Shown here: one piece after another, positions 40,059 through 54,537 of the stretch | Numbering within the stretch: position 1 is the stretch's first letter | Layout: every line of letters begins with the position of its first letter | Assembly: GCA_025603075.1 (NCBI GenBank) | Contig: MU626308.1 | Coordinates: 54,202 to 118,201 of the forward strand | Direction: 5' to 3' | From: Neoconidiobolus thromboides FSU 785 | Taxonomy: Eukaryota > Fungi > Entomophthoromycota | DNA: 64,000 nucleotides | Program-made: the position numbers and the translations under genes | Notes under the pieces: generated by a model | What the model saw: only the letters and a program-made list of their open reading frames with translations | Databases searched by the model: none | What the model was told of the DNA's origin: nothing

Positions 40059-40753
40059 CTAGTAAACTTTTTTAGTTTTGCTTTTATAAATTATAAATAC
40101 TATTTTTAAGTAACTTAATCTATCACTAATTCGAACGTCCCCTTTTGAGAAATCTTCTTCGATATCATACTAGTTATGTAAGTTTAACAAACGATAATTA
40201 ATAATTAATTGTTACATCTTCGTTTGATCCATTTTGTTTTTTACTTTCGTTTTTTTGCTTTGATTTTTTTGCTTTCTTTTTTGATAATTCACTTTTTGAC
40301 TCTGTTTTATTATTTGATTTTGTAATTAAATCTTTAGCCAAACTATCTTTGACTTCACAATTATTAGCATTGTCTTTATAAATTATTTTATATTTCTATT
40401 AAATTAATTATATCTTCTAAACAGAATTTAAGTAGGCTTACTTTTCTTTCTTCAGAAGGTAAATGTGCCCACATTTGCGAGACTCTTTTTTGCATTTCTC
40501 GATAGTTCATTCCACTGTTTTGTTTCATAAAGGCATCTCTTTAATAAGATTATTAGAATTATTTACATGTAGGATAAAGTTACTTTTTTATAGATAAAAA
40601 AGCAATAAAGGAACCATTGCGACTAATGACACGACGTTTTCCGTCTTTTTTTTTACAAACAAGCTATATTTGTTTATCTTTAAAAAATACTCTTTGTTTA
40701 TTTAATCTTACTTCATAGTCTTGATTATTTGAGTTATTTTCTTGCTCTTCCAT
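40059..40753 (-). CDS. Small HMG-box protein with Lys-rich tail, multi-exon (3' end uncertain)
   Basis: Spliced RRVISRNGSFIAFLSIK|KDAFMKQNSGMNYREMQKRVSQMWAHLPSEERK|KYK fits the HMG-box pattern; absent from the ORF track. Confidence 0.72.
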
Positions 40754-41102
40754 ATTGGAATAGCTTATAAAAGACACTTTAGAACTAAAGATCACAAATC
40801 AAACATTTTATTTTGAATAATAAAATGCATTTTTTAAAATAATTATATTGAATCATTTTATAATGAAATAATGCCATAAATAAATTAAACTTTAAAATTA
40901 TAAAAACAAAGCATGTATTCTAAAAAGATAATCGTATTATATTAGTTAAATAGTTAATGTGAAACAAAGAATTAGTTTAGTAATTGAGGAAGCTATTAAT
41001 TAATAAATAGTTGAACATGACTTAATAAGTTGATATACAATCAATCTTTATATTTATCTATCTTCTTACTTGGCTTCAATATCTAGTAATTCAAATCAAT
41101 AC

Positions 41103-44100
41103 TTAAAAAGTTGCATCTAAACTGTCAAATATTGAACTGGAAAGTAAGCCCTCTATCATGCTTTTTGTATCTGTTGAATTGTTGCCCTTTGATACTGTTG
41201 AGCTTGTTAATGCTAAGTAAGCTTGAATCGCATCCATTACTTCACTAATCGAAGAATCATCATCATGTACAGCTAAGGTAGTACAGCAATTCTAATAGTA
41301 AATTTAATAGAGTTTAATTTAACGGCTATTGTCTTAATTACCTCAATTCTAGTACATAGTGAATCGATAGTTTTAAATAATTCTTGGGATGTGATTGTAT
41401 CTGAAATCGTACTTGTAACTTGGGAAAGTAAAAACTCAAGCTTATCTTGCTCTCTTTTATTGAATTCTATTGAATCCTGAGTAGTAATAAAATGTACTGC
41501 TGTTTCTATTCTAATACAAAGTTGACCTAAGGTTCTTACTAATTCCATTAGTGTAGGCTCCTGATAGAATTAAATTAACTAATAAATAAACATAAAAATA
41601 AAACATACTTGTCCATATATTTCTCCTGGTGGTATAATATTCAAAGAAGGTAAAGGCAACAAAGATTGAGTATAACGATCTGGATTTGTTCTTCCTAATA
41701 GCATTTTTGGGAAAATCTAAATAGATTAATTTTTTTTTTTTTAAAAATTGAATGACTTACGAGATATAAAGGCTCTGGCTGTTCCATACCCTTTAGTTTC
41801 CTTTCTCCAAGTTCAACTACTCTTGGTTCAAGTTGTTTTAGATTGATAATGTCTGTTGTTTGAAAACCTTTAGCCTTATCTCTATTTGAACTAGCTGAGA
41901 GCTCTTGCGATACTACTGAAAATTCACTAGCGTCATCATAGCTATCAAGCAACCCTTCAATTAATTTTAACTCAGAAAGAATATCTGAGGATACACAAAT
42001 TTCACCCCAACTAGCTTCTCCAGAAACCCGAGCAGATTTATTAACCATTGGTCCAAAATAATCCATTCTTCCAGTAAAGGGATCCCTTTCACATTCGGGA
42101 GCTCCATAATGCATTCCCATTCTTATAGATAACCCACGATATAATACCTGATTTTCCAACTCCGAATCATAAATCTCTTTGCCATCTGGAAGTGCAAGGA
42201 TTTCTTCAGGCCAAACTGCATCTAAAAGTCGAAGTTGAACAAGACAGCTCCAGAGAACAGCAGAAGCAACAGTGGAAAAAGATGCCATAAAGCTATCCCC
42301 TTCATCTTTAACTTCATATCCATTGACTTCTTCTAAAACTCTTCTTAAAACATTGATATGAGTAATACTTGCCTTCTGCATAGCATCTTGATGATTTTCC
42401 CAAAGATATTTTGAGTTTTTAATACTTGTAAAACAAATTACGATCATCCCAGTTGGGGCCTGCGCTTGACTTGATTTTGCTTTTGGTGTATTATCAAGGT
42501 TCCTCATCTTTTTCCAATTTCCAAATTGAGTAAGATATCTAAAGTCACCTGATTCTGATCCAGATACTGTCCTCCTATAAATATCAGAGTTATATTTGGG
42601 GCGCGACTTTGTTTTACGTCTCTGTATTTGGAGACTGTTATTAAATAGATCTCCCATAGAAACCACCATGGCCATTATAGAACCCTCAGAGCCATAAGAT
42701 ATAGCAAGGTCACGAAGTTTTTGAGCTGCTATCATAGGGTCTTCCAATTCAGTACGTGCAATTTCAACGCCAGTTTGGTAGGATATAACGTCCCATATAC
42801 CTCTATTTGCCAAAATCAGATACTCATCTTGGCCCGTAAGTTGCAAGGAGCCTAAAGAAGGGCTTGCATTTATTGTTGGAAGTTGGTGGAATAATCCAAG
42901 ACAACGAGATAACCTAGTCTCCCCATTAACTCTATATTCACTACTTATATAGCCTCCAGTGTTTCTGACTCTTTTAATTTCATCCTTACAATCTTTTTGA
43001 GCAGGCATATGTGGAGTAGTAAGCACACGGCCCTTTTCTCCCTTCCTAGAAAGCACCATGACAACATCCCCTATATGAGCATAATAGATTGTCTCTCCTT
43101 TCCTATAGACAATCAAAGCCGATGCACATTCTTTCATTTCTTCCCCAAAGGTCGAAACAATCTCTCTTTGTAGTACTAAAAACGTGCACCTTAAAGCACG
43201 TAATATAGGGTCTTTTACTGAGCTCTTTTCTACTTTACGGAGTTCAGAAGTTAGGTGAAAAGTTAGCCAATCAGATAGATATTTTCCAAGCTTCCTTGAC
43301 TCTCCATTATAATTTGGCAAAATATCAAATATTCCGAAAAGAGATTCATCTTCTTTTTCCATGAAATTGGGCACAATCAAATCCCATGAACAAAGTATTT
43401 CCCCTCTATCTAAACGGTCTGCAATCCCAATACCAACTTGATTTATTACAGATTCATAAGTCCTAATTCGCCTATTTTGAGATTGATCTAGTTTTGTAGC
43501 CATAACATCGATATCAATTAACCCAAGGACCTTCAAATTTGTCAATTCATTAAAATCAACTAATGGACTATTTTTGTTGCCGCTAGTAATGAGACTTGCA
43601 TTTGTTATTTTTAATCTTTTGTTTCCAGATAAATTTAAATATTTAAGGTCCTTATTATAGTTCCAATTCCAGTCATAATTCCAGTTTGAAATGTTATACT
43701 TAAGTTGGTTATTACCTACATCAAGTACTACAAGTTTACCTAACTTACGGAGCTCTGCTGGTAAACTTGAGAGTTTATTTGAATTTAAATAGAAGATTTT
43801 CAAATGTCTCAAACGTTCTATTTCTTCAGCTGGAAAACTAGTTATAGTATTACCAGAAAGATAAAGTTCAGTTAGACTAGTTAGATGATATAGTCCTCCT
43901 GGTGGGACTTCAGATATATCATTGCAACTAAGATTTAAAATTTGAAGATGTTGAAGAAGAGATATAGGAGAAAAAACATAATCAGTTAGCCTATTATCTG
44001 CCAAAATGAGATGTCTCAACTTTTGAGTTAAGGTTAATAAAGAAAGCCTAGATTTGTTAGAGCCTTGGTTACTCCCAGAAACATTCGATACAGTTTGAGG

Positions 44101-46562
44101 TCTAGCTGGAAACTCTGCTAACATATTTGTACTAGCATTAAAATAATATAATGAGGGCGAAAACCAAATTCCTGGAGGAAGCTTCCTTATATTGTTATTA
44201 TGTACATCTATTTGAAGTAACCTTGGTAATGCAAATAATTCATCAGGTAAAAACTCTAAGCGATTATTTGTACATAAAAATACTTCCAATCTAACCAACT
44301 TAAGAAGATCATCTTTCGGAATCTTTGAGATCTTATTGTTACTAAGATTAACTTCTGTCAAAGTATCCATACCATTAAAGAAATTTGAGGGTAAATCTTT
44401 CAAATTACAATGACTTAAATTCAATATAACTATTTGAGCAAATGATAGACAATGGAATTTTGATAGTGGATTTTCCTTAATGGATAGTGACATCAAATCA
44501 TTACTTCTATAAACAAATGTTTCAATGGAATTCTGATCACACTTTAAACTTTCTAATTGGGTAAGTTCCGATAGAACACTTATATCGGTTATTTTATTCT
44601 TTCTTATATCAAGATTAATTAAACTAGACAAGCTTCCGAAACATTCCGGAAGTTTCCCAGAAAGCTCATTATTTATTAGTAAAAGGCTTTGTAAGAAAGA
44701 AAGCTCTCCAAATAAAGAAGGAATGCTTTTTATATTGTTGAAAGACAAATTGAGGTATTTAAGCATATATAAATGGCAGATTGGCAGTGGGAATGATTCT
44801 AAACAATTGTTTGATAAATCAAGTACTGTTAATTTAGTTAACATTGAATAGTCATCTGGTATTATCGAGATTTGGTTATTACAGAAAATCAATCTATCTA
44901 AATCCGGGAGTAGATGCAATTGGCCAGAATCTAATTTTGTTATTTTATTATTTGATAAATCCAAAGACTTTAGCCCTTTAATATTATGTAAACTATCAGG
45001 AATCTTTTCATATTCATTTTGGCTCAATCTTAGTTTTGTTAAAGATATACACAATTGTGCAAAATCCAGCGGAAAATCTAAAAGCAGATTTAAAGAAAGT
45101 TCCATAGACTTAATACGCTCTGCATTCTTGTATAAATAAACGGGTACTGTTTCAAGGTTTTGTTTCCTAATTATTATTTCTTCGTTTTCATTTTTTATTG
45201 AATTTGATTCCGATAACTATTTAAGAATATTAGTAACACTTTTGTAAATAATACTTAAACCATACCGATGTTGTCGAATTCAAAATTACTTCTCGATAAA
45301 TAAATCTACACAAATAACTGTTGTCTTCACGAACCATATCTGTAATCTCATCAACAAAATACCCCGCATCAATTAATAACTTAGATAATATCTTTACAGG
45401 CTTTTCCAAAGGATAAAGCATACGTTCACCTATTTAAATTAGATTAATCTATTATTTTGATATACCCACTTACCTTTCCCGAATTTATGAATAAATAATT
45501 CGTAAGCGGAAGGATCTTGTATCTTGAATTTTTTGGCCAAAAATTGACAAATATCTTCAGTACGATCATTCAATTTACAAGTAAGTGTAACAAATGTTTC
45601 ATTTTTCCTGAAAATTCTTATACAATACTATATAAATATTATTATACACTTTCTTTATATATATTTATAATATTACTGCTTGCTCTGGATTCAGCAATAG
45701 TTGTCGTTCTAATTCTTCATCTTCTGCAACTGAAATTGATGGTTTTCTTTTGAAATTCCAAGATTCCGGGGGTTTCCAACCATTTGTTGGCAAGCTTGAA
45801 ATTGAAGATGGATTACATGTATCACTTTTTGAATTTTCTGAAGCATTATCAACAAAAGATGAAGCCTTTGAAGCTGATTTATCTACTATTCCTTCCATGT
45901 CTTGTAAATTTAATGAAACTATGTTTCAAGTTAATATATATAAAATACATGCTTATTAAATATTACGATCAATACCGAACATTCCATCATAACTCTAATA
46001 ATGTAATTTATACAGTTTAAAATAAATAGAAACTAATTACGTTATAATTTGAAATTTCTACACCATTAAATCTATCATTTTTTTCAATAATTTTTTCTTC
46101 TAAAAATAAAATGTTAAAAATTATAATTAAGTAAATAGATTGGTGTAACCTTCATGCTTATCCTTTTTCCTTTTAAAGTTAAACAAGTTCAATTTCTTTG
46201 ATGGCTTACTAGGGACTGAGCGTATGGATAAATTATCTACGTCTTTACGATAAGTTTTAGGGTCGTCAATGTAACCTAGTTGAACCATTGTTTCAATTAA
46301 ATTTGAAGATACTGTTAATGGATTATCATCAACTGTTTGATGTGAATTTCCTTGGGAACCACCAGGGTGAAGTTTTAAATCAAATATAAATCTATCGTCT
46401 GGTTTTGTGAAATTGGGATTATTGTTTTTGTTAGGTTCTCTTCCAGAGTTTAATTTATCGTTAGGATTTTTGTTACCTTAAAATAACTTATTAACTTCAT
46501 ATAACATCGTATCAAATGTGTCAGCTACCTTTATCTTTTTTGTTATTGTTATTATTGCTCAT
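41103..46562 (-). CDS. CYR1: Fungal-type adenylate cyclase (G-alpha-binding, RA, LRR, PP2C-like, class III cyclase, CAP-binding tail)
   Basis: NGWKPPESW; >20 LRRs; PP2C-like region; GYEVKDEGDSFM and GRMDYFGPMVNKSARV; C-terminal LCIRIETAV. Confidence 0.93.
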
Positions 46563-48059
46563 TTTAAGAGAAGTAATAATCTAGTTTAATCCTTTCTTTT
46601 TTTGGTATTATAATTGATTATTCTAAACATTCATTTGCAAATTTATAACTAAAGGTTCTTTGGCTGAGAATTGTTTTACAAATGAAGTGCACTTTTTGCA
46701 AATTTGACATCATCCTAAAAATCAAGCTTAGTTTCTAGGATAATAAATGAATTAATTTCAAAAAAAATGACTGAGAATTTAATTTAGCTATGAAATATTG
46801 ATAGAAATCGTAATGATTTTATTTAAGAATAGTCTGTTACTTAAAATATCAAAGTAGCTTAATATAATTTATTCTAAAAACTCAAACTATAGTACTATTT
46901 TATTTTAACTTTATTATACATTTTTTATCATAACACCATTGTAAAAATAAAACTTTCATTAGCTTTAGTCGCACAAATATTCATTGTTATTCACAACATT
47001 ATACAATTACATTAAATTATTAAATTATGAGATAAAATTTTATAAAAGTCTACAAAATAAACTAGGCTTTAATTAGTTAAAAAGGATTTATACATACTAT
47101 CAATAATAATAGAAATAGGTCATATTACCCAAAAAGCTTATATCTTTGTTATTAATCGTTATATTTAACTTTTAAAGAATAAACCTAAAATTTATATTTT
47201 TATTAATTTATTTTAGAATTAATATAGTTATAAAGGGTAATAAAATAAAGTGGTATGCCATATAGAAAACTCACAGAACTGAAAAACAAAGCTTTTTTGC
47301 TTATTAAATGAGCTGTTTTAAAGATATATTTAAAAACCCTATTAAAATTATTGATAATGAAGATAGTAAAATTTATTTAACGAAATAAACTTAAATAGAA
47401 ATCATTTATAAATGATTATTATATTAAATAAGATTTCGTATAACTTTAGTTATATGTATTATTTTAAAATGAAAATAATAGCTTAAAGTTTAAACTAAAG
47501 GTACTATGATACATTTTAAATTTTAAGTAACACTATTGTGGCTTTTACTAGCTGTTTAAATAGTTTAAATGATCTAATGAAGAAAATTTATGTTTAAATA
47601 TTTTTTTCAATTTTGTACAAAATGCTAAAATCAATTTGAGCTAATTTGATTCATTTATTTAGTTTTAGTCAAGTATATTATAACAAAATGACTGCTTTAA
47701 TCTTTAATCATTTTTTATAATGATATTTTATTTTATAATATAAACTAATACTATAAAAAGCTAATGATATATAACATAACAATACAATATATGCCCTACT
47801 TCAAAATATAATGAACTAAACAAATTCAATTTACTACTAAATCATTCCCCATCTACTTTAAGCTAAAAATCAACTCTCCCTACTTTGTCAACCAATATCA
47901 TTGGCTCTTACTTAGTACCATCGCTTATAGCCTCAAACAACCTGATAATTTATGTAACCATTCAAAAACAGCACAACAGCAAAAACAGCCAATAAAAATA
48001 AGCCTGTTAAGGTGACTTATTTCCCCAACTTCGATCCATTACCCTTTATTTTTACAACT

Positions 48060-51000
48060 ATGGCATCCAGTCGCCAACGTCAACCGCCTATCTCGTATAC
48101 ACATAACGAAGACATGCTCACTTCTTCAGACGAAGGTGAAGACCCACAAAGACAAACTGAAAGAACTCAATACAGATCCAATGGGAACCGTCAGAATAAT
48201 GCTCACCAAGGAAGCTCACCCCCTTCTTCAGCTACCTCCATTAGTGACCAAGGGAGAAGTCCTTTAGCATTTGCTCCAGAATCCATCGACCCATTGGTCA
48301 ACCAAGCTATCGTATCCTTTATGATCAGTACCCGTAAACGTCACCTTAAGTTGCAAAGGGAGTATAAAAATAAACAAATAGTAATACAGCACTTATTGAT
48401 TGACAACTAAACTAACCTATTTTAGAAAGCTGCACGTACCCGCCACAATCTATTCTTTTCTAATAATCCAGAATACAAGGTACCTTTGTATGACTTAAAT
48501 ACCAAAGCTTCGAAAAATGGTAGTAAAGCTCAGGAAGCTACTTCATCAACTAGGGGAAACTACGCGTCCCAAACACTTTCTGCGACTCAAAATCAAATGC
48601 ACTCCAACGAAATGCATCGCTATAAGGTAGCTAATTACCTTATTTTCTTTTTTCACGAATTAACATTTTAAATTTAGTCGGATCAAACCACTTCTGGATA
48701 CCAACCTGAAGTAGATATCAAGCTTACTTTAGAGAGCAACTCTGTGCCAAGATTGAATATACCATCACCTGTACCCTCTACCCTTGATAATAAAGCAAAG
48801 ACTGTTTGGGCTGAGATTTGTGAAACAATTCCACTTGTACATCGTCAAGCAAGTATCTCAACCTTATCCAAATATAATATGTACAGAAATTTAGGTGTCT
48901 TATGCCAAAGAGAAGTAAAAAAAGCCACCTATCGTCGCTTAAAGCACACTCGAGAGATTCCTAATAAGGCACGCAGAGCAACTAGAGAAATGCTTACTTT
49001 TTGGAGACGTAATGAAAAAGATGAAAGAGAAGCAAGAAAGAGGGCAGAAAGAGAATTGCTTGAGAAACAGAGACAAGAAGAAGAGGCTAGAGAAGCAAAA
49101 AGACAAGAAAAAAAACTTAATTTCCTTATCACACAAACCGAACTTTATGGCCATTTTGTTAGTAAGCGCCTTGAAAATAAAGATAAAAAAGATGATGATG
49201 AAGAAGAGGGCGATGCTGTTGATTTTAAAGAAATGGACTTTGATGCCGATGATAAAGACATTGAAGAAAAAGCTAAGCTTAGCGCACAGCATGCTTTGAA
49301 GTTGCAAAGAGACCGTACTAAGAAGTTTGATTCTGAAGTTAAAAAACGTCAACTTGAAGGTGAACAAGAGGAACAAGAGGAACGTCGCCTTGATGGGGAA
49401 GAAGGAATGGATGATATCCCAGATGATGATCAAATGAACTTCCAAGATCCCTCAACAATGCAACAAGATTCCAATATTCTTCAACCAAGGATGCTTACAT
49501 GTGAGCTGAAGTCATATCAATTGAAAGGACTGAATTGGTTAGCCAATTTGTATGAACAAGGTATCAATGGTATTTTAGCTGATGAGATGGGATTAGGTAA
49601 AACTGTTCAATCAATTGCACTTTTAGCCCACCTTGCCGAAACACATAATATTTGGGGACCCTTTTTGATTGTTGCACCTGCATCCACACTTCATAATTGG
49701 GAACAAGAACTTACAAGATTTGCACCAACATTCAAATTAGTTCCTTATTGGGGAAGTGCTAAAGATCGAAAAATATTACGGCAAAAATGGAATTCTAAAC
49801 TTTATACAAGAAATGCTGAATTTCATGTAGTTATTACAAGTTATCAATTAATTGTAAATGAGCCACAATATTTTCAAAGAATTAAATGGCAATATATGAT
49901 CTTAGATGAAGCTCAAGCTATTAAAAGTTCAGCTAGTGCACGATGGAAAGTGCTACTTAACTTCCATTGTCGTAACAGATTACTTCTTACTGGTACCCCA
50001 ATTCAAAATTCAATGCAAGAGTTGTGGGCTTTATTACATTTTATTATGCCTAGTTTATTTGATTCACATGAAGAATTTAGTGAATGGTTTTCTAAAGATA
50101 TTGAAAAACATGCAGAAAAAAATGGAGCTCTAGATCAACATCAACTTCGAAGGTTACATTTAATTCTTAAACCTTTTATGTTACGTCGTGTTAAAAAAAA
50201 TGTACAAAATGAATTGGGCGAAAAGATTGAATTGGAAGTTAAGTGCCAACTAACCCCACGTCAACGACAACTTTATGCTAGTTTAAGAGAAAAGATATCC
50301 TTAGCTGAATTATTAGAAAAATCTAGAAGCTCCTTAGAAAATGATAGCGTTGAATCTTTGATGAATTTAGTAATTCAATTTAGGAAGGTATGTAATCATC
50401 CAGAACTCTTTGAACGTGCTGAGGTGAAATCTCCATTCTCTTTTTGTAATTATCCAGTACCACCACCAGTGGGTGATTTTAATTCTATTGCTTATAATCC
50501 AGTAAGTCATATTTCAATTTCTATTCCTCGTCTTTTTTATCAAGATGGGGGTATTATTGGTTTACCTAGTCTATCAAGTAATTATGGTACTTTGAATAAG
50601 CTGCTTAATAATACATTTAATATTTGGAAAGCAGCTAATATTAATGAATCATTAATGGAAATGAATACTGGCTTCTCCTTTTTATCATTAAGTAATCTTT
50701 CACCAACTGAATTGGAAAGAGTTCAAAGTTTGGATTTGATTACTTTGTACGAATTAAGTATCAAAAATCAAAATATTTTATGTAATGAGTATTTACGCGA
50801 TTGCCTTGACCCAGAAAACAACACTGTTGAATTAATGACACCAAGTTCCTTATTAAAAGATTTAAATAGTTTCAAAGAATATTCTAGCTTAAAAGACAGT
50901 TACTTTTTAGATGCTCAAAGTCTAAAATTAACGAGTTGTGCTAAACCAATTGTAGTAGCACCATCACCTAATCTTAGCTGCTCTGATTTGGATCAATATC

Positions 51001-51959
51001 GAAAGCAAAAGCACTTTAATTTAAAATCAGCTACAAGAAACTCATTATTAGGTTTACCCATTAAATCTGTATTTAATAATAAAACTATTACAATGCCCTC
51101 TTCATTTCCAGAAAACGATACGGTGGGTTATTCGGATATTTGGATCCCAGATCCAGCTAAATTAATAATGAATTCAGGCAAATTAATGGCTTTAGATAAA
51201 TTACTTACCAAACTTAAAGCTGAAGGTCATCGAGTTCTATTATACTTTCAAATGACCAAAATGATTGATTTGATGGAAGAATTTTTAACCTATCGTCAAC
51301 ATTCCTATTTACGTTTAGATGGTTCTTCCAAAATCTCTGAACGTCGAGATTTAGTAGCGGATTGGCAATCACGACCCGATTTATTTATCTTTTTATTATC
51401 CACTAGAGCAGGTGGTTTAGGTATCAATTTAACAGCTGCAGATACAGTTATATTTTATGATTCCGATTGGAATCCAACGGTAGATCAGCAAGCTATGGAC
51501 CGTGCCCATCGATTAGGACAAACTAAACAAGTAACTGTATATCGATTAGTAACTCAAAATACCATTGAAGAGCGTATCTTAATGAGAGCGAAACAAAAGG
51601 ATGCTATCCATCGTGTGGTTATTGCCGGTGGAGATTATAAAGCAGATCTTAAGCCTAAGGAGATATTTTCTTTATTGTTGGATGATGAGGAAGGTAACAA
51701 TAATGAAGTGGAAAGTGAAGGAAATAGCTCCGAGCTGAATAATAATAAGGGGCTAATTGAGATTATCAATAACAATAATGGGCAGGAAAATCAAATTAAT
51801 AGCAATGGGGAGCAGGTGAAGTCAGAGGAAGAGGTTAATTTAAGTAAGAGAAAAATGGAGGCAAATGAAGATGAAATCAAAGAAGTAAAGGAAGAAAGTA
51901 CAAGCCAAGTTAAGAAAGTTAGAGTTGAGGATGAGAACTATGATGAAGATATAAATTAA
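48060..51959 (+). CDS. INO80: INO80 chromatin-remodelling ATPase
   Basis: DBINO region (RQEKKLNFLITQTELYGHFV), GILADEMGLGKT, MILDEAQAIK, split helicase with insertion, QAMDRAHRLGQTKQV. Confidence 0.96.
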
Positions 51960-52264
51960 AGTGGTTTTGGTAATAAATTTTATTGTTGTATTAATTGGAT
52001 TTTATTTTGATTTTTAATTTTGATAAAAAATAGCTTAATTATTTAAAATAGATACTTTAGGTTTAGCTATAGAATTTGAGATATGCTAAAATGAAACTAA
52101 AAAATCATTGAAGTATTTATCAAACATAAAAGAATGTCATATTTTCTGACATTAATTAAAAAATACTATTAAATATATATAATTATTTTGCTAATGAGTT
52201 CACTAAGCAATATCTTAGTTTGATTAGCATTAAAAATAAAAATCAATAATATTCAAAAATGTTA

Positions 52265-52347
52265 TGATCAGGATGGGATTCGAACCCACGCCTCCGAAGA
52301 GACCGCGGCCTTAACACGGCGCCTTAGACCAACTCGGCCACCTGATC
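52265..52347 (-). tRNA. tRNA-Leu(AAG), 83 nt, long variable arm, no intron
   Basis: GATCAGG/CCTGATC acceptor stem plus A discriminator; TGGCCGAGTTGG A-box; anticodon stem CCGTG-TTAAGGC-CGCGG; GGTTCGAATCC T-loop. Confidence 0.95.
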
Positions 52348-52453
52348 CCACTATTTCTTTGCCTTCCAATGAAGGTTTATTTAAAGTAGTTTTTTTTTCT
52401 ACATTTTGCAATCAACTTAAGAAAAAATTGAAAAACTAAACTCTAATTTTTCA

Positions 52454-53510
52454 ATGGATAACCAAGTAATAGTATATGAATTAAGTTATTTTGAATGTCA
52501 ATTAACTGATAATAGTCAAATAATAGAAGGGGCGGGGGTAATATTAGAGGAGGTTATAGAGGGAATAATAATCGAGGGGGAAGTAAAAGAGGATGGAGTA
52601 AAAGAAAGGACAAAACTCAAAGTATGACTGAGGAAGAAGTAGTAATACAGTAAGTTGAAGAACTTTTGAAATCAATAGGAGTTGGAATTAACAGGACTGA
52701 AATAGGAAATATTTACCAAGGATTAAAGTAAGCAATGCAGAAGAATTGGACGCTTGGATCCAAGATAGAAAAAAGAATTGGCCATCAGATAAGAATGTCA
52801 AGAAAGTAAATAGAGACAATTAATATGGAATATTCATTTAATTAACGAGTTTTTTTACATTTAGAAATTAGAAGCTCAAAGTCTAAGGCAAGGAAAAGTA
52901 AATTTTAAAATTAACCTCGTTCTATTATTAACAACACCAATAGACTTCAATTGAAACAACAAAACCAAGTCTTGGATTGGTGGATTATAATAATTCTGGA
53001 ACAGAATCAGAAATTGAAGACATTAAAGAAAAAGTAGGAAATAATATAGATGAGCTAAATCTCGAGTTAGATTTAAAAGTTAATAGTGAAGATGGGATAT
53101 CATTAATTAAGGAATCCGAAACTAAAAAGCAAAGGCAAGATAATGAAGTTATAAGCTCAGATGAAGCACCAGAAGAACAAAGTATTTTGAGAAAAGAAAT
53201 AAGAACTAAGGGTAATAAAAAAGAGAATAAAAACAAAGTAAGTTATTATTTAGTTTTTTTATCAAGACAAGAAATTGAATTAATAATTTTTATTTTTAAA
53301 GATAAAATTGGATAAACCAATAATTAAAAAAAGAAATCATAAGCACGGAGATTTATATTCAATGGTAAGTATATTGATTGAAGTTAATATTTTTTTCATA
53401 TTAATGATCGTTTATCTCTTTAGTTACAAGAAAATGAAAATTTAAATTATGCAAAACAATTAATACAATATATACGTGGATTAAAAGAATGTGATTTGTT
53501 AAATGAATAG
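52454..53510 (+). CDS. NUFIP1/Rsa1-like box C/D snoRNP assembly factor with RGG N-terminus, multi-exon
   Basis: RRGGGNIRGGYRG; KYLPRIKVSNAEELDAWIQDRKKNWPSDKNV (NUFIP1 motif); C-terminal QENENLNYAKQLIQYIRGL. Confidence 0.75.
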
Positions 53511-54137
53511 CTATAGATTCAAGCAAAAATAAAAATTATTAAAGTTCAAATAGGATTACTTGTAAAATGTTTGATGTTTTAAAAATAGTATTATAGTAAA
53601 TAGGTAAATAGATTCAATATCAAGCTAAAAACTTAAGGGGAGTAGTTTATTTTTTATAAATGCTATAGCTAAATTTAACTATTTAATCATTCAACTATTT
53701 AATAAAAGTATTAATATGGATTTGTAATCATTAAGTTTTATTAATTAAATTGTATTTTAAAAAATATGTGATATCTCTAGAGAATGGTATACAAATGATG
53801 TCATTTAACCTTCAAAGTTTAACATATTTCTTATATTATTTTTGTATGATTTTTATTATTTTGTTTTTAGTCTACTTATTTAAATACTAATTCCCTAAAT
53901 CTTTGAGGCATAAATCCAGATAGGTTTTTATTTTGTTACTTTATTCAACTACAACTCTGTAAGTTAAAGTTTATTTTATTGAATCTATATTATTATATAT
54001 ACTCACTTTTAATCATTTGAGTACCAATGATACTTAATTAAGTTATAATTACATTTTAGTATAATTTGCGTTTTAAAATAACAGTTATAATAGAAGACTC
54101 TTAAAATAAATATTAATGAATAAATGATAAATTTAAA

Positions 54138-54234
54138 TATTTGAGGGTTTTTTTTTTATTACACTACTTTTTCATTTTTTAAACGCTATTTAGGTGGAAA
54201 AACTGTTAGTGAAATTCTTAAAATACACTCTCAT
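54138..54234 (-). mobile_element. MITE-like element, copy F (degenerate)
   Basis: TTTTTCATTTTTTAAACGCTATTTAGGTGGAAAAACTGTTAGTGAAATTCTTAAAATACACTCTCA matches the family interior; ends eroded. Confidence 0.7.
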
Positions 54235-54308
54235 TTCTTTATTTTAATTTATATAGAATTCAATTATATCAAAATTTCAAACACTGTTTTGAAAGTTATT
54301 ATAAACTA

Positions 54309-54413
54309 TATGGGAGTGTTTTTTTTGACTTCATTATTTTTTCCATTTTTTAAGCACTATTTAAGTGGAAAATTTGTTAGTAAAATTCTTAAATACAGAA
54401 ATACATCCCCATA
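54309..54413 (-). mobile_element. MITE-like element, copy G
   Basis: TA-TGGGAGTGTTTTTTTT...AAATACATCCCCA-TA. Confidence 0.9.
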
Positions 54414-54537
54414 TATCGAATTATTTTATGAAATGTGATAAAAGATTAACTTGATCTAAACCTCTTATTGGCTTTAAAGCCTCTTAATATAGTTATAGCT
54501 ACCACCTCTAACTCAATACTTTACTTTTGTCTAAATG

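Noticed and set aside
43050-43480. Degenerate PP2C metal-binding motifs in the adenylate cyclase
   Set aside because: The PP2C-like domain of fungal adenylate cyclases is commonly degenerate, so this is not distinctive
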